From NCBI RefSeq assembly GCF_006345805.1, contig NC_043011.1, positions 47,380,464-47,444,463 of the forward strand: a stretch of DNA of 64,000 nt. The letters are read 5' to 3'. The notes under the pieces were generated by a model. The model was not told the origin of the DNA. It was given only the letters and a program-made list of their open reading frames with translations, and ran no database searches. The position numbers and the translations under genes were made by a program. Below, piece after piece: positions 52,731 to 64,000 of this stretch (positions are counted from its first letter, which is position 1; every line of letters starts with the position of its first letter). This DNA comes from Octopus sinensis (Eukaryota).

Positions 52731-52945
52731 ATATAAGTGGAATGACCTCTAAGTGAACATCCCTTATGCTAGAAGTCAATCCCTATGGTCTTATCACTAA
52801 GAAAGGAATGTTCTCAAGAAAATTTAGCTAAGTTTGCTAAATTTTGCTAAATTTTCTTAAGAACATTCCTTTCTTGGTGGTAAGACCATAGCGGGGTCGA
52901 CTTCTAGCATAAGGGATGCCCACTCAGTGGTCATCCCTCTTATAT
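52731..52945. repeat. Imperfect palindrome of about 215 bp (fold-back/MITE-like), next to a TA tract
   Basis: Arms of about 97 nt, atataagtggaatgacc...aaatttagc and gctaaatttt...gtcatccctcttatat. Confidence 0.85.
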
Positions 52946-53064
52946 GTATGTAATATAATTTTTCTGAATCTTCAGCTTTTTCAGTTTGCTAGACCACTGG
53001 TTTTAAATTGATATCAATCAAATTAATATTCAATTTTCACCTTTATTATTTTATATATATATAT

Positions 53065-53225
53065 ATATTGGTCAAGTGATGTAGGCATCCCTGATGAGAT
53101 CCCATTAGAAGTTGAAAGTTGATTAAAGCTGTTCCTCACTTTCCTAAACGGCGGTGCATGAGCATGGCTGCACCTAACGGCAGCGCATCAGCATAGCCAC
53201 AGCTCTGAGCTGAAACTAGAGAGAA
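53065..53225 (+). mobile_element. Short (TA)n-embedded element with a CTGATGA...GAAA motif and two copies of the GGCGGTGC-CAGCATGGCC motif
   Basis: CTGATGA at 53091, GAAA at 53114; flanked by (TA)n. Confidence 0.45.
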
Positions 53226-53399
53226 AATATATATATATATATATATATATTTTCGTATTCTATCACTCTGTGAAAGTTTCTAGTTCAAATCACACGTGTC
53301 TCGAGATGTGCCGAAGATTTTCTATTTTGGATATATTTGGGGTACTTAGGTCTGTTCAGGACTTGGCGTTTGCTTTTTCCATGGGTATGAGTAAGTATT

Positions 53400-54340
53400 T
53401 CACTTATATCTAGGACTATATTTATTAGGCAGACAGATAGAAAGAGAGATAGATGTGTAGATAGATGGATGGATGGATGAATGAATATGTAAGTAGATGG
53501 ATAGATAGATATGTAGGTAGAGAGATAGATATGTATGTAGATAGATACATAGATAAAAACAGGCTGACAGACATAAGGACAGACAGGTAGACAGATTGGA
53601 GGACAGGCAGAAGTAGAGAGGTGTTAGGATAGGAGAAAAAAGCAACAAAATGATTAAGGAGGTGGGAGTGTAAAATGAGAACAAATGTAGTAAAAAGAAT
53701 GGGCAGAGACCTATAGATGAATGGCTGATATACACGAGAAGCCTTGTAAAGGAAATTTAAGAGAGATTGGGCTGTGAATGTGAATTAATGGGAGAAACTG
53801 GGAGCTGAGAGTGAGAAATGGAATTGTGTGAATGAGCAAGAATATAACACTGCAACATATTACATCAACTGTATGGAGGGAGAGAAAGGGATACCTTACT
53901 TTATACATAGACACACAGACAAACACATACATATATATATATATATATATATTTACATGCATGCAGAGAAGGAGAGAAAAAGACTAAGTGAAGAGAAAAA
54001 GACTAAGTGAAAGAGCAAGAGAGAGAGAGAGAGAGAGAGAGAGAAGCAAGAGAAAAGGGAGAGAGAGAGCAAAAGAGAAAAGGGGAGAGAGAGCAAAAGA
54101 GAAAAGGGAGAGAGAGAGATATAGAAGGAGTACTCTATACATACATATACATATACAGAGAGAGGGAGAAAGAGAAAGAGAGGGAGAGAGAGAGGGGGAG
54201 CAGAATCTCAATAAATGTATGAAGAAGAGAAGAGAAAATAAAAGGGGAGAGTTAGGCTGCAAGGAGAGACAAAGGGAAGATGAGGTGGTATGGAGACAGT
54301 TAGGTATGAGGAGGAGAGTAAGGAGGGAAGTGGCAGGTTT
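53400..54340. repeat. Purine-rich low-complexity tract: (GATA)n, (GGAT)n, (GA)n
   Basis: Direct inspection. Confidence 0.85.
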
Positions 54341-54459
54341 TATAATTTATTGTGTTAGTTCATTCAATGAACAGTATATTACCTTTGTTAACGCTTGACA
54401 TTTCAATTGAGAGGTTAATGTATTTATTTATAACTACCTATCATTAGACATTGATTTAT

Positions 54460-54832
54460 TTAAATGACGAGTGTGGTGGTGGCTGTGGAGGTGGAGGTGG
54501 TGGTGGTGGTGGCGATTATGGTGATGGTGGTAGTAGTAGTAGTGGTCGAGGTTAAGGGGTTTCTGGTCATTACAGTGACACTGGTGATGGTGATGATGAT
54601 GATGATGGCTATAATGATGGCAGTCATTCTTTGGTGGTGGTGGTGGTGGTGGTGGTGGTGGCGATTATGGTGGTGGTTGTAGTAGTGGTCGAGGTTAAGG
54701 GGGTTCTGGTCATTACAGTGACACTGGTGATGGTGATGGTGACGGTGATGATGGCTGTAATGATGGCAGTCATTATTTGGTGGTGTTGGTGTTGGTGGTG
54801 GTGGCCATAATGGTGATACTAGGCGATTGTAT

Positions 54833-54864
<32 letters not shown>

Positions 54865-55011
54865 GTGTGGCAATGACAGTGGCAATGATGATGATGATGA
54901 TGATGATGATGGCGGTTGCAAAGATTGCAGTCATTGTTCCACGATGGTAGCAGTGGTGGTGGATGTTTGTGATAGTGGTGGTCAGGTGGTCATGGCAATG
55001 ACAAAGGCAAA

Positions 55012-55042
<31 letters not shown>

Positions 55043-55400
55043 ATGATGGTGGTAGTGATGATAATTGCAGTTGTAACGATGGTAGGTAATTGTGGTGGTG
55101 GCGGTGGTGGTGGTGGTAGTGCTGTGTGCTTGCAATGGTGACAGAGATTGCAATAAAGGAAGCCCGACAGTCACTGAAGTTTTGCAATGATGACAATCAT
55201 GATGATGATGATGATGATGATGATGATGCTGGGGATGGTTACAACAATAACAACAAAAGTGGTGGTGGTGGTGGCGACAAAGGAGATGATGATGATGGTA
55301 GCAGTGGTGGAGATGAGTGTGATGTCAAGGGTGATGACGGTCAAGATTAAAATGGCGACTGAAATAGTGGCAATGGAGCTGTCGATGATCTACAGTTAGT
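54460..55400. repeat. Compound (GGT)n/(GAT)n low-complexity region with an internal duplication of about 95 bp
   Basis: agtagtggtcgaggttaagggg...cattacagtgacactggtgatg occurs near 54538 and 54680. Confidence 0.85.
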
Positions 55401-55985
55401 AAAATGATAGTGATGATAACAGGTGTGATGATGGCAGGTGTGATGACAAGGACAAAAAAAAAATGACTTTCTTATTCAAGTCATCCGCATCTTTTACTAT
55501 GACACTTGATGTCTAAAGTCCACACTCTTGCAAAAGGCAGAGACAGTTTTAAAGTCAGAAAAGGTGTTAAGTGAAGGAGAGCTAATTTTGCTGCTGCTGC
55601 TATACAGGAAAGGTCCAATAAACCAGTGTTCCTCCTGACAAGAGGAAAGGGAGCAGGGTTTGTCCCTTTACAGGAGGAAACTGAGAGAATTCAAAAATAC
55701 CCCACCCCTCCCCCTGGTGGGGGACATGGAGAAATTACCTTGTCTAGTAATATTCCGGATGGTTTTAAAACTCCTTAAATTTGTACACCATCATGGCAAA
55801 GGGAGAAGAATTACAAAATTCAATTTTGTTTTCTGGTTGATAATGATTGGAATGCGGTGGGGGTGTTGAAAGGGGTCCTGGTACTTGTCACTTTCAAGAA
55901 CCTTTGTAAAAAATTTAGCATCTTTCTCAAGCCCAATGGCCTACTTTCCTAGCTTCTGTAACGGCTTAATTTTTCCTCTCACACC

Positions 55986-56037
55986 GTCTCTAATGAAGGG
56001 ATATTATTACTTAATATCCTAGAAACAGCTGTAAGAC
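55986..56037 (+). ncRNA. Degenerate type I minimal hammerhead motif in a short element (about 55900-56100) that ends at a TA tract
   Basis: GTCT CTAATGA AGGGATATT attactt AATATCCTA GAA ACAGCTGT A AGAC: helix I GTCT/AGAC, long helix II, palindromic helix III, GUA triplet. Confidence 0.55.
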
Positions 56038-56126
56038 CTTCTATATATAAGTGTTCTAATATCTATACAGCCTTGGTTTTTTATCTCATTGCGGAAAAAA
56101 TTCTTATATATATATATAAATATATA

Positions 56127-56898
56127 CAGGGTGTCCCAAAAGTCACTGATGGGTTTCAAGTTTTAATAACTTCCTTAACTTTACAAATAAATGCACAAAA
56201 TTTTGATACAATATAAAGGACATAATGGAAATTAATATGCTTTGCACGTCCAAGATCTTTCAAAAGCTTGCACCATAAAACCCTCAAGAGTTTCAAACCC
56301 CACTTCTCTGATTTCTCTTTTGATGTTCTCCTTCAGTTGCACCAGGGTCTCCGGTTTGTTGATGTAAACCCTCTCTTTCAAGTATCCATGACTGAGACCT
56401 TCGTGTCCCTAGCCATTCAAAGCAGACCTCTCACATGGTTCCAGTAAGATGGGGCAACTGCTCATACTGCAAGAGAAGCAATGCGGTTGCTACGGCAGTG
56501 CTCTGGAGAGAGAATAATTTCCTGCTGCTGCAATGTTCCGCAGACTTGACTAGCCTGGTTTTTTTCTTGTGGGGATATCTGAAAGAGAGGGCTTATTTCA
56601 ACAAACCAAAGACCCTGGTGTAACTGAAGAACATTAATGGAGAAATCAGAGATGTGGGGTCTGAAACTCTTGAGGCTGCAAATTTTGGAAAGAGCAAGGG
56701 AAAACAAAGTGGAGAATGGCTACCATTTAAGCAATGCCATTTTTTCATATGTGATGTAGTGGTGTTGCAAAATTTGATTTATGCCTCTTAATTTCCATTA
56801 TGTCCTTTATATTCTGAATCAAAATTTCATGCATTTATTTGTAAAGTTAAAGACATTATTAAAAATCAAAACCCATCAGTGACTTTTGGGATAGCCTG
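56127..56898. mobile_element. Non-autonomous Tc1/mariner element with transposase 3' ends in both orientations
   Basis: TIRs cagggtgtcccaaaagtcactgatgggttt and aaacccatcagtgacttttgggatagcctg; GYLKERVYINKPETL (minus) and FFLWGYLKERAYFNKPKTL (plus). Confidence 0.85.
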
Positions 56899-57419
56899 TG
56901 TGTGTGTGTGTATATATATATGTGTGTGTGTGTATATATATATGTGTGTGTGTGTATATATATATGTGTGTGTGTGTGTGTATGCATACACACACACACA
57001 CTGGATGGGATACCAGTCCATTGCAGTATTATCCATCTTTGCTAGCAGAGTGGTTTGGAGCAATGTTAAACGAAGTGTTTTGCTCAAGAACACAATGTGT
57101 TACCTAGCCCAGGAATTGAAACCACAATCTTACAATCATGAGTCCAACATCCTAACCACAATATACTAAATTACCTTCACTTTATACCACTAACATGCAG
57201 GGCCAACAAAGGAGATGCATGGAGATTGCTTGATTTGCTAGAAATAGCAGCTAAACATCTTTCAAAATGCATTCTTCTGTTTTAAATAAAAGATACATGA
57301 AATATGATCTTATATATACCTATAAAAAATTACAGGATGGTCATGACTGGAATGCCTCTAATCAGAGGTCTCCTTGATCAGAAATGAACTGGGGCTAAAA
57401 CTTAAAATTACAAACCTTT

Positions 57420-57830
57420 AGTCTTTTATCTTTTACTTATTTCAGTCATCAGACTGTGGCCATGCTGGAGTAGTGCTTTAAAGAATTTTAAGTTGATGTA
57501 TTGATCTCAATACTTTTGTTTTATTAAACCTGTTACTTGTTCTATCAGTCTCTTTTTGTCAAACTGCTAAGTTACAGGGATTTAAACACACCAAGACCAA
57601 TTGTCAAGCAATGGTAAGGGACAAACACGGTCACAAAGACAAACATACACACACACACACATATTTGACAGACATTTTTCAGTTTCTATTTACCAAATCC
57701 ACTCACAAGGCTTTGGTCGGCCTAAGGCTACTGCCGATGACACTAGCTCAAGATGTCACACAAGGAGACTAAAACCTGAACCATGTGGTTGGGAAAGCAA
57801 ACTTATTACCATGCAACCACGCTGCCTGTG
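57420..57830 (-). mobile_element. SINE family A, old
   Basis: Diverged but colinear. Confidence 0.75.
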
Positions 57831-58998
57831 GCTGTATTACTTTCAATTACAATTTTAAACAATTACCCACTTGTAATTAAAAATAGAAGGATTAACAGTC
57901 TGAGAAAAAGATTAGATATACTCAGAGTAATCTCCTCTCAGGCATACGATAAATCCTTCATTAGTAATATAAGTTAATGAGAGAAGCTGCACAAGTCCAC
58001 TTGACTTGAGAGATAATCACCCTCAATCATCTCAAATCAGCTAAGAAAACTAAGAAGGTAGCGAATAATGCAGGCAAGGGGCATAATGCTTGGGGGGAAA
58101 GAAGTGACAGGATGGTCACATTTGGATTACTTTCATCGTGGCTCTGCTCAACCAGGAATGATCGAACACTACACAACACTAACATTTAGTTATATTAAAT
58201 ATCAATCATGTAAATTCAATGAACATATGATCGATACATTTCCAGCTACCAACGCCACTGCCATCAAATTTATATTGGATTACGGAAGCTCAATGAAATT
58301 TATGATTGCTTTTCTGTAATGGAAATCATATAGTTAATAAAGCTGTCTAATCTCAGATGTATTTATCAACTGATTAATGAATAGTAGGGGTGGCAGTTTT
58401 GACAAGATTTAGCCAGTTTCAGCTATGTCCTTAATTTCATTCCAATTAGCTCAATATTTGCAGAGAATTTGGATTCCTACACAGCAAAACCAGTAAAACA
58501 TAAAAATTCTTTCATTGTAGTGTTTGCTAGATAGACTGAATTTGCTATCAGCCGGATACTAGAACCTTTCATGATGTGTGTGTGTGTGTTGTGTGTGTGT
58601 GTGTGTGTGAGCGTGTATGAGTAGTTGAAAACTAAGCGGAGAGTGGAGCTTTTTCACATCCTAAACTTTTTATTTAAAAAGTTTTTTACACCATAGATAC
58701 ACACACACACACAAGGTTATATATATACGCACACACACAAATATGCAAATGTATACAAATATACATGCATACATATATACGTGTGCATAAATACATTTAT
58801 ATATATATATACACATACACACATATATATACATATATATATACATATATATATACATATATATATATACATACATATATATATATATATACACATATAT
58901 ATATATATATACATATATATATATTACATATATATATATATACATATATATATATACATATGTATATATATACTATATATGTATTATATATATGTATA

Positions 58999-59357
58999 TC
59001 CTTAAATCCATAAAAATGTTTTAGCCCAAAGGCCGCGGCCATGCTGGGGCACCACACTGAATGAGCTACACTAATATGTGAATCCACCTCTGATACGTGG
59101 CACTTGATCAACAAGGGAGTTCGATGCTGCTGCCTGCATCTGCGTCTCCTGTCGTGAGGTAGGTTCATCTTGTCAGGTGACCCAGATGAACTTACCTCAT
59201 GACAGGAGACGCAGATGCGAGCAGCAGCATCAAACTCCCTTGTTGATCAAGTGCCACGTATCAGAGGTGGATTCACATATTAGTGTAGCTCATTCAGTGG
59301 TGGTGCCCCAGCATGACTGCGGCCTTCGGGCTAAAACATTTTTAAGGATTTAAGGAT
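58999..59357. repeat. Near-perfect palindrome of about 360 bp embedded in (TA)n
   Basis: Arms 58999-59170 and 59184-59357 are reverse complements with few mismatches. Confidence 0.92.
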
Positions 59358-60029
59358 TATACATATATATATACATATATACATATTATATTCCACCTGC
59401 CTTCGTCTTTTGTTTATTTTCATAAAGCTTCCCGTTATATATACACACACACACACATATATATATATATAATATATATATATATAATATACATATATGT
59501 ATTTATACACACACATATAAATGCACGTACATATGTATATATATATATATAGATATATATAAATACTTTTATATATTTACAAATATATAAATACATGCAT
59601 ATATATATATATGTAGATAAATACATATATACATATATGTATGCATTTATATGTATACATATATATATATATATATACATTTACGCAAACATGAAAATAC
59701 ACACACACACATATATATATACAACCACACACAGGTATATATGCACACACACACACACACACATATTATACACACACTTTCATAAGCCAAATATGTTTAC
59801 ATGGTTTATTTAAGCTAAGAATAATTAAAACAAACACTCGTGTTATGCAGAAACACTGTTTTATATCAAATTAGTGTTTGTAGAAGAAGATAATAAATAT
59901 AGTCCTTTACTTTGATTTAGCTATTAAAATTATGGCCAGCTGGAGTAATTCCTGTAGATGCAGAATTCATAGAAATAACCTAAATATTTATCACCATTGT
60001 CAGCATCTTAGTATAAAATGACAGGAATA

Positions 60030-60222
60030 TTAAAAATTGATTTTATTAGCAGAATTGTTAGATAGTTGTCTTGTTTTGGCACTTTGCATTCTGGACGCAG
60101 ATTCTAAAGAGGCCAATGTTGAATTTTGTCCATCTAAATGTTGACATGTGATGTTGACATTCGAAATATTGACAATAAAAAGGTTCCAGTCACGTACTGA
60201 ACATGACTTACTCATTGGTTCC
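60030..60222 (-). CDS. Weak candidate exon: either an 11-nt microexon (60212-60222) or a 64-codon terminal exon
   Basis: Acceptor cctacttttctcacttatcag, then GGAACCAATGA|gtaagt; frame open to 60030. Confidence 0.2.
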
Positions 60223-60579
60223 CTGATAAGTGAGAAAAGTAGGCTAGAGTTTGTGTGTTTCATACATACATATATACAAACATACGTAAGTATAGATGTA
60301 TGTATATATGTGCATGTATGTGTGAATGTATATATATATATATATATATATCTACACACATATTTAACTTCATATGTGCACATGCACACATACATATATA
60401 CACACATACGTCTGTATGTCCAACCCTCACACAAGTGTGTGTGTGTATGGTGAGTGCATGTGTGTATAAAAACTTATTCAACAAGAAGATGGAATAAACA
60501 GGCTTAAATTACTAATTACATTTTGTTTCTGTGTAGTGCTGTATGTGTGTATGTGTGTGTGTATATATATATATATATA

Positions 60580-60738
60580 CAGGAGTGGCTGTGTGGTAAG
60601 TAGCTTGCTAACCAACCACATGGTTCCGGGTTCAGTCCCACTGCGTGGCATCTTGGGCAAGTGTCTTCTGCTATAGCCCTGGGCTGACCAATGCCTTGCG
60701 AGTGGATTTGGTAGACGGAAACTGAAAGAAGCCCGTCG

Positions 60739-60771
<33 letters not shown>

Positions 60772-60985
60772 TTGTGTGTCTGTGTTTGTCCCCCCCCAAC
60801 ATCACTTGACAACTGACGCTGGTGTGTTTACGTCCCCGTCACTTAGCGGTTCGGCAAAAAGAGACCGATAGAATAAGTACTGGGCTTACAAAGAATAAGT
60901 CCCGGGGTCGATTTGCTCAACTAAAGGCGGTGCTCCAGCATGGCCACAGTCAAATGACTGAAACAAGTAAAAGAGTAAAGAGTAT
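60580..60985 (+). mobile_element. SINE family A, full length, near consensus
   Basis: ggagtggctgtgtggtaagtagc...gactgaaacaagtaaaagagtaaagag. Confidence 0.92.
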
Positions 60986-61615
60986 ATATATATATATAGA
61001 TAGATAATTAGATAGATAGATAGGTAGAGAGATATACACACCACACATATAAATCTATATATATACACACACATATAAACTTTATATACATACATAGATG
61101 AATATGAAACTGGTAAATGGATACTGAAGACAATGTGTATGTGTTTATGTGAGTACATATTTTTCCCCACATCTTCACATTTGTTGATTCCTGATTTGAA
61201 GCAAAAGACCTTGCTGATCATACAAACCATGTTCTTTATTTCCAGTTCTTTGTGTAGTTATGTGTGGGCTATTTGGTGTCTGGTGGATTATGGAATTATT
61301 TACTTGCTTCAAAGCAAAGGAGAGTAGGTGTTAGAAAGGGCCGCTGGCAACAAAATATGTCTGCTCCGATATAATCAGTAGTCTCATCTGACCCATACAA
61401 GTCTGGAAAAGTGGATGTCAAAAAGCTACTACTGCAGTGCACACACACAAATACACATATGTATTACACACATGCAAGCACACACACATACATATATACA
61501 TACGTGTATGTATATATATATATATATATACACACACATATATATACACATATATATACATATACATATATATATAGTATATATATAAACGTAAATGTAT
61601 ATAAGCATATACGTT

Positions 61616-61664
<49 letters not shown>

Positions 61665-61863
61665 CATAGATAGATAGATAGATAGATGTACATATATATA
61701 TATATATACATATAAATACACATATATGTATATACATATATGTATATATACATACATATATGTATATATACGCATATATATATACATATACGTACATATA
61801 TATGTACATATACGTATATATACATATATATAAACATAAATGTATATAAGCATATACGTTTAT

Positions 61864-61945
<82 letters not shown>

Positions 61946-62751
61946 GTATATATATATTATACACATACACAGATATCTATATATATACATGAGCATTCAT
62001 ATATGATTTTGTCTGTTAAAATGAAAAGAAGACATTACAAATAAGAAATGTCAGCCATGCCAACCAACTGGAAGATTCTTTACTGCATGCAATTATTGTG
62101 TTTCTTCTCATTCGAAGACTGAATCAAATCTTCCTCTTGTATAACAAGATCTTTATTGAAATCTTTCCCTAACTCATACATATTCTTTTATAATTCCAGC
62201 AAATAATTTGCTGGTTGATGTCAAATGAAGAAGTGAGCTGAATTAATCTCGTACTACTTTGAATATTTCTTCTTTCCATATTTCACAAAGTGCAATATCT
62301 TTTACTCCATCTTGAATATAATCGCAATCTCTCACTCAGTCTTATGAATTCTCTAAGAGATTATATTTTCATTCATTTTATTTTCACTTTCTTTTCTTTT
62401 CATTTTTTTAATTATATTTATTAGTCTGGGTAAAAATAGTACAGATGCACTTGACCAGTTGATCAAAAGTGGTTGATGATGATTTGGATCCCATCATGGA
62501 ATTATACCCAGTTGTCTGTTGGATATATTGTGTGGGGACCGGCATGCCAAAGAATAGACAGAACGTTTTTTCTGTGTGTTGGTAAAAGGTGACTAAAAGA
62601 GGTTGAGGAAGGATTTGCAGTCTGATCTCATAAAATCCCCACTAGCAACAGCTACACAAAGACCCAAGGGCTAGAGTATTGTAACCTGATTGGAGCAAAG
62701 GTGAAATCTTGTTATCATTGATGTATGTTGTTCATTTCTGTATATTCATAT

Positions 62752-62960
62752 TTCTTTATTGCCTACAAGGGGCTAAACATAGAGGGGACAAACAAGGACA
62801 GACAAAGGGATTAAGTCGATTGCATTGACCCCAGTACGTAACTGGTACTTAATTTATCGACTCCAAAAGGATGAAAGGCAAAGTCGACCTCGGCGGAATT
62901 TGAACTCTGAACATAACGGCAGACGAAATACTGCTAAGCATTTCGCCCGGCGTGCTAACG
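62752..62960 (-). mobile_element. SINE family B monomer
   Basis: Near consensus. Confidence 0.88.
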
Positions 62961-63221
62961 TTTCTAGCACCAATACCCTGCTTTTTACATGGCACCATGA
63001 CCAATGCTTTTATGTGACACCCACACCAGTGTTTTTTTTTAGGTTTTTTTAGATCCCTTCATTGGTGGGCATTATCAATATGGGTTTTCAGTTATCAACC
63101 CTCTTCTGTTGTGGTAGATGGCTTGTCTTGAGTACAGCCATGTGCCATATACTTCGATCTCTTTCACCTGGGTGTGATGTAAATGATAATTACCTACCAT
63201 TTTTAGAAGATTATATATTCT

Positions 63222-63640
63222 CTCTTTTACTCTTTTACTTGTTTCAGTCATTTGACTGTGGCCATGCTGGAGCACCACCTTTAGTCGAGCAAATCGACCC
63301 CAGGACTTATTCTTTGTAAGCCCAGTACTTATTCTATCGGTCTCTTTTGCCAAACCGCTAAGTGACGGGGACGTAAACACACCAGCATCGGTTGTCAAGC
63401 AATGCTAGGGGGACAAACACAGACACACAAACACACACACACACACACACACGCATATATATATATATATATACATACATACGACAGGCTTCTTTCAGTT
63501 TCCATCTACCAAATCCACTCACAAGGCATTGGTCGGCCCGGGGCTATAGCAGAAGACACTTGCCCAAGATGCCATGCAGTGGGACTGAACCCCGGGACCA
63601 TGTGGTTAGTTAGCAAGCTACTTACAACACAGCCACTCCA
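63222..63640 (-). mobile_element. SINE family A, full length
   Basis: Colinear from tail to head. Confidence 0.9.
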
Positions 63641-64000
63641 ACTTCTAAACTCTCTCCCATGCTTGCATGTATGTCCAAGTAAAGCCTTACAGCCCTACTC
63701 TACATTGATGCTAATGGTGTGCAAACCACAAACCTCATAGTGAACAAACCAGAATACTGTCAACTAAATCAGTTCCAACTCTCAAAAGATACAGAAGAAG
63801 AGATATCCATTAATCAACTCGTATTAATCATTTTACTAATATTATTCCTTTCTCCTCAATAGCAGAAGAATTTCATGGAAGAATTTCTAAAACTGTCTCC
63901 ATATGTTTTCAAAATGGACAATTTACATTCATTCCCCGGCTTCCTTTCTTTCTTTCTTAATTTTTCTGTTTTGAATTTTTCGCCCCCTCCTACCCCAATA

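Noticed and set aside
54460-55350. His-, Asp-, Met- and Val-rich ORFs
   Set aside because: Trinucleotide low-complexity DNA open in several frames on both strands
58068-58319. 83-aa plus-strand ORF
   Set aside because: No splice context or recognisable motif; length is compatible with chance
60926-60970. SINE A tail (hairpin plus GAAACAAGTA) as a hammerhead
   Set aside because: No CUGANGA or compensated equivalent upstream of the hairpin; I also could not fit HDV, twister, pistol or hatchet folds by eye
62040-62340. Coding-like minus-strand fragments (RDCDYIQDGVKDIALCEIWKEE...)
   Set aside because: Broken by stops and frameshifts; possibly an old LINE relic, but no diagnostic motif
417-63740. 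Most track ORFs (poly-YI, CV, HT, N, I, L, RE, SL runs)
   Set aside because: They are translations of (TA)n, (CA)n, (TAA)n and (GA)n microsatellites with no splice or homology support

Overview
AT-rich, microsatellite-dense eukaryotic DNA. The repeat families (several abundant tRNA-derived SINEs, RTE-like tails, elements embedded in (TA)n) suggest an octopod cephalopod genome; this is an inference. No protein-coding gene can be identified with confidence. Nearly all ORFs in the track are microsatellite or SINE artefacts. The window reads like a long intron or intergenic block, with scattered minus-strand splice signals hinting at a minus-strand host gene. Supportable features: three SINE families, an RTE-like 3' tail family, CR1 and Dong/R4 LINE 3' ends, decayed Penelope, Gypsy and hAT coding relics, two Helitron-like elements, mariner and hAT MITEs, a fold-back Tc1/mariner, and long palindromes. 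Strongest hunt results: (1) four different short elements next to (TA)n at 50-56 kb, each with a minimal hammerhead-ribozyme-like fold, one carrying a reciprocal C3G/G8C core (GUGAACA); (2) a duplicated perfect AG|GTAAGT recursive-splice-like site on the minus strand; (3) two paralogous minus-strand frames whose indels all preserve frame; (4) a structured tail motif shared by unrelated repeats; (5) two locally templated insertions inside SINEs. Repeat boundaries were read by eye and are approximate unless termini are quoted.
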